Positions 38,802-45,902 of a DNA stretch of 46,865 bases are shown here, piece after piece; within the stretch, counting starts at the first letter, position 1; each line of letters begins with the position of its first letter. The stretch covers positions 1 through 46,865 of the forward strand of contig CAOKKL010000001.1 in NCBI GenBank assembly GCA_948469065.1, read 5' to 3'. Origin of the DNA: an uncultured Mycoplasmatota bacterium. Lineage in GTDB: Bacteria; Bacillota_I; Bacilli_A; RF39; UBA660. Position numbers and translations under genes: made by a program. Under the pieces are notes generated by a model. It worked only from the letters and a program-made list of their open reading frames with translations. It did not search any database and had not been told where the DNA came from.

Positions 38802-39386
38802 CTTTAATATATTGAATTCCAATCAACTTCTGTATGATATCTTTTACTACAGATATCTGCATTATGTTCTTTTACTACATCTCTTAAATAACTGTAATAT
38901 CTTATAAAATAGTTCCATATGCCATTTTGATTTGCATATTTTCCAACTTGTGACATTTTTACATAATCTCCTTGTGAATGTATATATTCTTGTATACTCA
39001 TTGCATGCTCACCACCTGGTATCTCATCTGTTACCAATTCTTTAAAACGTTTTAACAATTTATCTGAATTACTTTTTACATCTTCTACATCATATTGGTA
39101 TTTATTATCATCTTTGAAATGAATCAAATATTTTAATGAACCGTTAAAACTCTTTTTAATGGGTTCTATCATGTTTTCTGCAACCCCTACTCTCTTTGAT
39201 AGGGCAGATATGGTACATGCTGTTTTGAGCTTTATAACAAAGTGATAGTGTGCTTTCTTTAGTTCTCCTTCTTCTGTAACATCCTTATATAGATTACTTC
39301 CTTTTGTTCCAATAGATTAAACATTTGATTATCAAATTTTTCATCATCTTCATAAATTACACATAAATAATTATAATTTCTTTTTT
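38789..39386. repeat. 598-bp direct repeat, copy B
   Basis: It is identical to 32825-33422, with an offset of 5,964 bp. Confidence 0.93.
38804..39386 (-). pseudogene. rep: Second rep copy, lacking the start codon and promoter/origin
   Basis: It has the same sequence as copy A from codon 3 onward. Upstream it abuts the TAA stop of ORF 39385-39666 instead of the rep ATG. Confidence 0.7.
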
Positions 39387-39666
39387 ATTTAAATAAAATT
39401 TTATTAAAATTTACTTTATTTGCAATGTTATCTTTCGTACTTCTGATTCCTTGTGAATACATATCTATATAAAGATTATTTGAATCAATTTTTCCAGTTT
39501 TCACAATATAGTAATCAGAATACTGTTCTATAACTACTTCAATATGATCATCAAAATTCAAAATATAATAATTTTTGTTGAAGCTATATTGTAGCCAACA
39601 TGATATAAAATTAACTATAATAATTAACATAAAAATGATAATAAGTTGATATAAAAAATGAATCAA
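39385..39666 (-). CDS. Hypothetical 93-aa membrane-anchored protein
   Basis: It has an N-terminal TM helix (LIIIFMLIIIVNFISCW). Two of the three bases of its stop codon lie inside repeat copy B. Confidence 0.4.
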   Translation of the reverse strand: MIHFLYQLIIIFMLIIIVNFISCWLQYSFNKNYYILNFDDHIEVVIEQYSDYYIVKTGKIDSNNLYIDMYSQGIRSTKDNIANKVNFNKILFK

Positions 39667-39750
39667 ATAAGACGATATAGAAAAATTTAGATTAGACGCA
39701 TTGTCTTTCTTTTGCCCAATACTAAATATATATAAACATATAAATACTAT

Positions 39751-40170
39751 TTATAAAGTTTCGATAAATAATAATGTTATTGTTTTAAAATCATTTAATA
39801 TTACAAATAAAAAAATATAAATACTAAAAATAATGATTGTTAAATATATACAATTTTTCGAAAGAATCTTCGTTTTCTTTTTTCTTATTTTGCACCAAAC
39901 ATAAGAACATATTTGAATAATAGATTTTGTAAATAAAGTACATATTAAAAATACAAAATAAAGAAGCAATATAGAATAAATATTAAATTCAACTCGAAAT
40001 AAAGAATAATCAACTTGAAAATAAATACTTTTTAAATAATTTTGTAAACATTGTGATACACTAATTGCTGCTGTAAAAAAAGTAAAAAATATTGCAATTA
40101 ATTGCACAATAGTTGAAATGTTATTTTTTATTTTCTTCCATATCAATATATATAATTCTTTTTCTTGCAT
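39751..40170 (-). CDS. Hypothetical 139-aa polytopic membrane protein
   Basis: It has about 4 TM helices, is very AT-rich, and has RBS GGTGAG. Confidence 0.4.
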   Translation of the reverse strand: MQEKELYILIWKKIKNNISTIVQLIAIFFTFFTAAISVSQCLQNYLKSIYFQVDYSLFRVEFNIYSILLLYFVFLICTLFTKSIIQICSYVWCKIRKKKTKILSKNCIYLTIIIFSIYIFLFVILNDFKTITLLFIETL

Positions 40171-40211
40171 TTTAAACTCACCACGTTAATATTAACAAAA
40201 TGGATATTATA

Positions 40212-40967
40212 TTACAATATGAAATGATTTAAGATGATGAGCCCTACTCCTACTCCAAGTCCAAGCCAAATAAATTTATTTTCTTTATATTTTAATGCTT
40301 CTGGAAATAGTTTTTGAATAGAGAGAGTAATCATAATTCCTGCAACAAATAACAATACAATACTAATTAACGTGTTTGTAATATATTTTGATAAAAATAA
40401 AAATGCGAGAAAAGCTCCGAATGGTTCGGCTAATCCAGAAAGAAAAGTCTTTAAAATAGCGTCTTTTTTACTATTTGTTGCATAATATATGGGAACTGCA
40501 ATACTTATTCCTTCTGGAATATTGTGAAGCATAATAGCTATACCTAACTTTATTCCTAAATTCATATCTTGATAAGCACTCATAAATGTTGCAATTCCTT
40601 CTGGCAAATTATGAAGCATTAAGGCAAGCATAGATAAAATTCCTAATTTATATAAATTTTTTTGTGTAAGTGATTTTGCATTTATTTTTTGATTAAGCCA
40701 ATAAATCAAAATAATTCCAATTAAAAAAGAAAAACAACAAAGAAATATTCCTTTTGCTAGTTTGTAGTCGGTAATAATGTAAAACGTAGACTCAGGTATT
40801 AATTCTGTTATAGATACTCCAATCATAATTGCTAAAGACAAACTTAAACTAAAAGTAATAAATTTATTAATATTTTCTTTCTTCCAATGAAAAAATATAA
40901 CAAGTGCTCCTATTACTGTAGATAAACCAGCTATGGTTGAAACAAGAAATGCTCCTAATACATTCAT
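40212..40967 (-). CDS. zupT: ZIP-family zinc transporter ZupT
   Basis: HNLPEGIATF and HNIPEGISIAVP motifs are present, with 8 TM helices. Confidence 0.85.
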   Translation of the reverse strand: MNVLGAFLVSTIAGLSTVIGALVIFFHWKKENINKFITFSLSLSLAIMIGVSITELIPESTFYIITDYKLAKGIFLCCFSFLIGIILIYWLNQKINAKSLTQKNLYKLGILSMLALMLHNLPEGIATFMSAYQDMNLGIKLGIAIMLHNIPEGISIAVPIYYATNSKKDAILKTFLSGLAEPFGAFLAFLFLSKYITNTLISIVLLFVAGIMITLSIQKLFPEALKYKENKFIWLGLGVGVGLIILNHFIL

Positions 40968-41081
40968 ACTCTCACCTACTACATTCTATGAATCTATTAT
41001 CTAATTTATTTCATTTCATTTATTTTTTAGGTTTAAATAAATGAATTATGATAATACTAAGTGAATAAGGAGGAAATAAAT

Positions 41082-41273
41082 ATGACACAAAAAGAATTAC
41101 TTTATATGGAAGATGCCATTGGACATGAACAAAATTTAGTTTCTTTATTAGAAGACTTTAGTAATAATGTTCAAGATAAGAATTTAGCATCTTTTTTAAA
41201 AAAACTTTCCAAAAAGCATATGGGGATGGAAAAAAAATTAATGGATGTAATGGAGGGTATCATTAATGAATGA
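41082..41273 (+). CDS. Small helical protein paired with a CotF-like protein
   Basis: RBS AAGGAGG. The gene overlaps the next gene (ATGA-type). The pair resembles two-gene coat-F-like cassettes. Confidence 0.45.
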   Translation: MTQKELLYMEDAIGHEQNLVSLLEDFSNNVQDKNLASFLKKLSKKHMGMEKKLMDVMEGIINE

Positions 41274-41511
41274 TAAACAAATAATGGAAAATGTCTTACT
41301 TCTTTTAAAAGGAACAGCCGAAGTATATGTTCATGGTACAGAAGAAGCAAGCAATAAAAAAATCCATTCAATTTTAAAAAGTAGTTTAGAAGAAATATTA
41401 AAAATGCAATTTGAAGTTTATTTAAAAATGACAGAATGTGGATGGTATAAAATTAAAAATATTGATAATAAAACAATTCTAAAAACAATGCAAAAATTAA
41501 AAAGTAACTAA
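41266..41511 (+). CDS. Spore coat protein F-like (Coat_F domain)
   Basis: MNDKQIMENVLLLLKG...EASNKKIHSILKSSLEEILKMQFEVYLKMTECGWYKI is the Coat_F pattern. A terminator AGTAACT-N6-AGTTACT plus a T-run follows. Confidence 0.6.
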   Translation: MNDKQIMENVLLLLKGTAEVYVHGTEEASNKKIHSILKSSLEEILKMQFEVYLKMTECGWYKIKNIDNKTILKTMQKLKSN

Positions 41512-41634
41512 ACTCAGTTACTTTTTTTAATAACGAATGTTATTTAATCAAAGCCAATAATTACCACTCAAAATTAAAATTTTAAAGAATGAAGAAAAAG
41601 AATCCTCACATAATAATAGTGGGAGGTAAAGAAA

Positions 41635-41778
41635 ATGAGTAGAAATAATCAAAATCAAAACAATGCTCGTAATAACAATAACAGATCTAATAATACAAAT
41701 AGTAGAAATTCTAGAAATGAAAAAAATAACAATAATTCTAGAAATAGTAGATCTAATAAAAACGAACAAAGTCGTTAA
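41635..41778 (+). CDS. Unannotated 47-aa Asn/Arg/Ser-rich mini-protein
   Basis: RBS GGGAGGTAAAG is followed 4 nt later by ATG. The product is MSRNNQNQNNARNNNNRSNNTNSRNSRNEKNNNNSRNSRSNKNEQSR*. The ORF track shows only an antisense ORF here. Confidence 0.4.
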   Translation: MSRNNQNQNNARNNNNRSNNTNSRNSRNEKNNNNSRNSRSNKNEQSR

Positions 41779-41811
41779 TAGTTATGAGTAAAATAAAAAA
41801 AGAAGAAAGAT

Positions 41812-42723
41812 TTAATTTTCTTCTTTTTTATTGCGAGGATGATAATCGTAATCTTTTTTTATTTTTTCATTTGATACGTGGGTATAAATTTGAGTTGTCG
41901 AAATATCACTATGTCCTAATAATTCTTGAACAACTCTTAAGTTTGCACCATTATTTAATAAATGAGTAGCAAAAGAATGACGTAATACATGTGGAGAAAC
42001 GTCTTTTTTAATATTCTTCTCATTACAAAGTGATTTTAATAGTTTAAAAAAGCCTTGACGAGATAGTTTTCCTTTACGATTATTAATAAAAAAATAATCA
42101 GAAGAGGAATTCTTCAAAAGTTTTGAACGATATTCTTCATAATAAAGAATAAGATATTTTTTAGAAATATTATTGATTGGAATTATCCTTGTTTTATTCC
42201 CTTTTCCAAGAACATGAACAAAATCTTCTTGAAAATCAATGTCTTGTATTTTTAAGTTTATTAATTCACTAATACGCATTCCTGTCGCATATAAAAGTTC
42301 TAACATAGCTTTATTTCGATAATCGTAAGAACTGCGAAGTTCTATATTTAAAAGAGTATCCACTTCACTAATTGATAAATATTTGGGAAGTTTTTTTGGA
42401 ATTTTTGGTCTTAGAATAAAATCACATGGATTTTCTTTTAAAATCCCCTCTTCGATTAAAAATTGATAATATGATTTTAAAACGGTTAAATAATGAGTTT
42501 TTGTGGTTGCATTTTTTTCTTCTAGTGTTTTTAAAAATTCTTCTAATATTTTAGCTGTACAAGTAATTGAAGTTTTTTTAACTTTATCTAAATAATTTTT
42601 AAAAATAAGTAAATTATAATAGTAAGATGAAATTGTATTTTTCGATAATTTGCGCTCAAATTGTAAATAATTTAAATATTGAATCATTTTTGATTCTAAT
42701 AAATCATTTTGAACATCTTTCAT
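41812..42723 (-). CDS. xerD: XerC/XerD-family tyrosine recombinase
   Basis: The N-terminal SAM-like domain reads (I)QYLNYLQFERKLSKNTISSYYYNL. The catalytic segments are ...ATGMRISEL..., HVLRHSFATHLL and LGHSDISTTQIYTHV. I chose start ATG 42723, behind AGGAAG. Confidence 0.85.
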   Translation of the reverse strand: MKDVQNDLLESKMIQYLNYLQFERKLSKNTISSYYYNLLIFKNYLDKVKKTSITCTAKILEEFLKTLEEKNATTKTHYLTVLKSYYQFLIEEGILKENPCDFILRPKIPKKLPKYLSISEVDTLLNIELRSSYDYRNKAMLELLYATGMRISELINLKIQDIDFQEDFVHVLGKGNKTRIIPINNISKKYLILYYEEYRSKLLKNSSSDYFFINNRKGKLSRQGFFKLLKSLCNEKNIKKDVSPHVLRHSFATHLLNNGANLRVVQELLGHSDISTTQIYTHVSNEKIKKDYDYHPRNKKEEN

Positions 42724-42810
42724 GTAAATCTTCCTTTTTCTTTTATTATAAAAAATGCTTGCTACTTTCGTCAAATAAAATGGTGTGTTATAATGAATAA
42801 GGTGACAAAT

Positions 42811-44013
42811 ATGGAACTTTTAGCAAATAAAATAAGACCTCAAAAATTATCGGATATTATTGGCCAAACACATATCATTGGAGAAGATAAAGTTCTTTCA
42901 AATTTAGTACGTAATAAAAAAATTTTTTCAATTATTTTGTATGGAAAACCTGGGATTGGAAAAACTTCGATTGCCAATGCTATAGTAAATGAACTAAAAG
43001 TACCACATCGTTTTTTAAATGCTACAATTAATAATAAGCAAGATTTTGATATTGTTATTGAAGAAGCGAAAATGTATGGGGAAATGATTGTAATTATTGA
43101 TGAAATTCATCGAATGAATAAGGATAAACAAGATATATTACTTCCACATTTAGAATCTGGACTTATTATTTTAATTGGTTTAACAACTTCGAATCCTTAT
43201 CATAAAATTAATCCAGCGATCCGAAGCAGAGTTCAAATATTTGAATTGCATGAATTATCTTTGGAGGAAATGAAATTAGGGATTCAAAAAGCATGTAAAG
43301 AATTGGATGAAATTGCAATTTCGGATGATGCTATTGAATATATAGCGGTTTCTTCTTCTGGAGATGTTCGTAGTGCTCTAAACTTATTAGAAGTGGCTTA
43401 TTACTCTTCCAAAGATAAAAAAGTTACATTAGAACATTTAACATCAATTGAATCAAAACCCGTATTCTTTCATGATAAAAATGAAGATGGTCATTATGAT
43501 GTCTTATCTGCATTTCAAAAATCTATTCGTGGAAGTGATGTGGATGCGTCTTTACACTATCTTGCAAGACTAATTGAATCTGGTGATTTAGACAGTATTT
43601 ATAGAAGAATGAGTGTTATCGCATATGAAGACATTGGCCTTGCAAATCCATCCATTGGTCCAAAAGTAATGGCAGCTATCTCTGCATCCGAATTAATAGG
43701 ACTTCCAGAAGCTAGAATCCCTTTAGGAGTAGTAGTTACAGAAATGGCTTTATCCCCTAAAAGTAATAGTGGACATATTGCTTTAGATGAAGCAATTAAT
43801 GATATTAAAAAAGGAAGTACAGGGAATGTTCCTGATCATATAAAAACATCCAGTAAAACTTATTTATATCCTCATAATTATCCGCGCGATTATGTGAAAC
43901 AAGAATACTTGCCCAAAGGATTAAAAGGAAAAAAATATTATCAAATGAAAAACAATAAATATGAAGCAAATTTAAATCATTTGTGGAAAGAAATGAAAGG
44001 TGAAGAAAAATGA
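42811..44013 (+). CDS. rarA: Replication-associated recombination protein A (RarA/MgsA AAA+ ATPase)
   Basis: LANKIRPQKLSDIIGQ, Walker A GKPGIGKTS, Walker B IIDEIHR and the MgsA C-terminus (HYDVLSAFQKSIRGSD.DA.LHYLARL) are present. An extended -10 at 42786-42794 rules out the longer ORF-track start. Confidence 0.9.
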   Translation: MELLANKIRPQKLSDIIGQTHIIGEDKVLSNLVRNKKIFSIILYGKPGIGKTSIANAIVNELKVPHRFLNATINNKQDFDIVIEEAKMYGEMIVIIDEIHRMNKDKQDILLPHLESGLIILIGLTTSNPYHKINPAIRSRVQIFELHELSLEEMKLGIQKACKELDEIAISDDAIEYIAVSSSGDVRSALNLLEVAYYSSKDKKVTLEHLTSIESKPVFFHDKNEDGHYDVLSAFQKSIRGSDVDASLHYLARLIESGDLDSIYRRMSVIAYEDIGLANPSIGPKVMAAISASELIGLPEARIPLGVVVTEMALSPKSNSGHIALDEAINDIKKGSTGNVPDHIKTSSKTYLYPHNYPRDYVKQEYLPKGLKGKKYYQMKNNKYEANLNHLWKEMKGEEK

Positions 44014-44975
44014 AAATTGCAATTATTGGTACAGGAGTTTATAGTACTGCTCTAACTTATCATTTACAAAAAGTAAAAGAAAATAATATTTGTTTATGGA
44101 CTGAAAATTTAAAATTAGCTCAAAAATTTCAAAAAAAGCAAAAATTTGATTTTTTATCGAAAGATATTGTTTTTAATGATAATGTTCGATTATCGACTAG
44201 TTTAGAAGAAACTCTTAAAGAAGCAGATATTTTATTTATTTTAGTAGGAAGTAAATATTATGAAAATACCATTGAAAATATCAAACCTTTTTATGATAAA
44301 AAAATACCTATTTTTGTTGGAACCAAAGGAATGAATTTAGAAAAATGTGCTTTTTTTTCAGATATTACTCGAAAGCAATTAAAATGCCATTCTTATTCTT
44401 ATTTTGCTGGTCCTACTTTTGCAAAAGATTTAACAACCGAAGATAATTTTGCTTTTACAGTGGCAGGTTCTAATAAATTAGGATATGTAAAATTTAAAAC
44501 TTTATGGCCTTCAAATATAAAATTCGAATTTACGAGTGATTTATATGGCTTAGAAATTATGTCGGTTTTAAAAAATATTTATGCAATTGGAAGTGGAATT
44601 ATAAGAGGATTAGATTGTTCTGAGAGTACTTACTACACTTTTATCACTGATATTATTAAAGAAATTAAAAGCATTATAAAAAAATGCAATGGATATGAAG
44701 AAACTATGTTAAGTTATGGTGGAATTGGCGATTTTTTACTAACTTCTCATAGCAAAAAAAGCAGAAATTATACGCTTGGTAAAATGATTGGAACAAAAAA
44801 TGAAACAAAAGAAATAGAGGAATATAAAAATAATACAACGATCGAAGGATTAGAAAGTTTAAGTAATATTGAAAACTTTATTAAAAAAATGAAGTTAACA
44901 AATTCTATTCTTGAAAAAATTTATTTCATAGTTATTCAAGGTCAAAGTCCATTGATTCTAGAGCAAAAAAAATAA
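44010..44975 (+). CDS. gpsA: NAD(P)H-dependent glycerol-3-phosphate dehydrogenase-like
   Basis: MKIAIIGTGVYSTAL is a Rossmann motif. GPTFAKDL and LKNIYAIGSGI are also present. The sequence is divergent from typical GpsA. Confidence 0.7.
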   Translation: MKIAIIGTGVYSTALTYHLQKVKENNICLWTENLKLAQKFQKKQKFDFLSKDIVFNDNVRLSTSLEETLKEADILFILVGSKYYENTIENIKPFYDKKIPIFVGTKGMNLEKCAFFSDITRKQLKCHSYSYFAGPTFAKDLTTEDNFAFTVAGSNKLGYVKFKTLWPSNIKFEFTSDLYGLEIMSVLKNIYAIGSGIIRGLDCSESTYYTFITDIIKEIKSIIKKCNGYEETMLSYGGIGDFLLTSHSKKSRNYTLGKMIGTKNETKEIEEYKNNTTIEGLESLSNIENFIKKMKLTNSILEKIYFIVIQGQSPLILEQKK

Positions 44976-44978
44976 GTG

Positions 44979-45662
44979 TCATTTGTAAGACACTTTTTTT
45001 AAGCATTCATTTATAACATAACTGGCCATCATACTTCCAGCACTCATTGGTACTGAACATATGCTTCCTAATGGACATTTTATCGGAGTTTCCAAACTAC
45101 ATACTACTTTTGTATCTAAGTATTTGATATGTTCTTTTTTTAATAAATTTCGAAGTTTTTTTGCAAGAGGATCATTTTTAGTTTGAGATAATTTACAAAT
45201 TTTTAGCATTTCAGGATGAAGTCGATTTCCTGTTCCCATACAAGATAATACTGGAATATGCTCATCTTTTGCTTTAATTATTAAACTTTTTTTTACAAGA
45301 ATATCATCGCAAGCATCTAAAATAAAATCGAATTTTAAAAGATTAAAATCCAAAACTGCTTCTCCAGTTAATTTTTGTTGAAGAATCAAAATATGACAAT
45401 TTGGATTAATTTTTTTCGCTCTTTTTTTGGCTTCTTTCACTTTTGCATGATTGATATTCTTTTGTGTTGCAATTACTTGTCGATTTAAATTACTTGTTTC
45501 AATGATATCACAATCAATGATTGTAATGTTTTCAATGCCACTACGAACCAAGGCTTCCAAAGCATATCCCCCTACTCCTCCTACTCCAATTAATAAAATA
45601 TTTAATTTTTGCAATTTTTGAAAATTTTCTTCTCCAATTACGCGAATAATTCGATCAAACAC
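44979..45662 (-). CDS. tcdA: tRNA threonylcarbamoyladenosine dehydratase (TcdA, ThiF/MoeB family)
   Basis: LLIGVGGVGGYALEALVRSGI..ITIIDCD.IETSNLNRQ is present. I chose start GTG 45662, behind GGAAG, because the ORF-track N-terminal extension (to 45737) runs through the upstream structured RNA and its terminator. Confidence 0.8.
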   Translation of the reverse strand: MFDRIIRVIGEENFQKLQKLNILLIGVGGVGGYALEALVRSGIENITIIDCDIIETSNLNRQVIATQKNINHAKVKEAKKRAKKINPNCHILILQQKLTGEAVLDFNLLKFDFILDACDDILVKKSLIIKAKDEHIPVLSCMGTGNRLHPEMLKICKLSQTKNDPLAKKLRNLLKKEHIKYLDTKVVCSLETPIKCPLGSICSVPMSAGSMMASYVINECLKKVSYK

Positions 45663-45677
45663 AAAATCACTTCCAAG

Positions 45678-45846
45678 AAAAAAACCAAAGGTTGCTAGTG
45701 TGATAAAAGCCCGCTCACTCGCAGGTGGGTATCTCATCTATGCTTTAGGATCCTAATTCACTTAATGGATTAGTATTCTACACCACATAGGGTTCTGATT
45801 CCCAATTATCACCATAGTCGGTTTTATGTAACTAACTACCTTTGGT
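45678..45846 (-). ncRNA. ssrS: Structured ~165-nt RNA, probable 6S RNA (SsrS)
   Basis: It has its own promoter. The 5' ACCAAAGGU pairs with the 3' ACCUUUGGU, extending into an irregular closing stem about 28 bp long (positions 1-28 with 134-163). A U7 tail follows. Local G+C is elevated. Its position next to tcdA (yrvM) matches my recollection of B. subtilis bsrA. Confidence 0.5.
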
Positions 45847-45852
45847 ATAAAT

Positions 45853-45881
45853 ATTATAACATTCACTGGGCGACTAGACAA
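45853..45881 (-). promoter_or_regulatory. SigA-type promoter of the structured RNA
   Basis: On the minus strand: TTGTCT, a 17-nt spacer, then TATAAT. The RNA 5' end lies about 7 nt downstream. Confidence 0.45.
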
Positions 45882-45902
45882 GTGAAATTTTTCAGATAAA
45901 AA

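Larger units (their letters stand above)
32825..39386 (-). mobile_element. Integrated inovirus-like filamentous prophage / IMEX. The unit is 5,964 bp and about 1.1 units are present.
   Basis: The module combines Zot-like ATPase, major-coat-like, pIII-like, small TM protein, RCR Rep and Xre genes. The genes are tightly overlapping, the element abuts dif, and a 598-bp terminal direct repeat is offset by exactly 5,964 bp. Confidence 0.8.

Noticed and set aside
32825-39386. The 598-bp repeats as terminal repeats of a transposon or IS, or as LTR-like ends.
   Set aside because: The repeats are direct and consist of most of the rep coding sequence plus a dif arm. No transposase is present. The 5,964-bp periodicity and the dif junction are better explained by a greater-than-unit-length integrated circular phage genome.
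39622-39632. AATTAACATAA, a near match to the left dif arm, as the missing right-hand junction.
   Set aside because: The adjacent central region and second arm (AAATGA-TAATAAGTTGA) do not resemble dif. An 11-mer of this composition inside an AT-rich coding region is easily a chance match.
44700-44716. ACTATGTTAAGT inside gpsA, resembling a XerD arm.
   Set aside because: It has no partner arm, lies within a conserved coding frame, and is probably a chance match.
45663-45737. The N-terminal extension of tcdA (MRYPPASERAFITLATFGFFLGSDF).
   Set aside because: It overlaps the 3' half and U-tract terminator of the upstream structured RNA. It has atypical composition and is not needed for the ThiF-family fold. 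A GTG with a Shine-Dalgarno lies just after the terminator.
45678-45846. The structured RNA as a riboswitch, T-box or leader of tcdA.
   Set aside because: I did not fully reject this. However, the terminator-like stem is formed by the extreme 5' and 3' ends of the RNA (165 nt apart), not by a local hairpin. I also recognised no specifier or T-box sequence or known aptamer core. The 6S-like architecture is therefore preferred.
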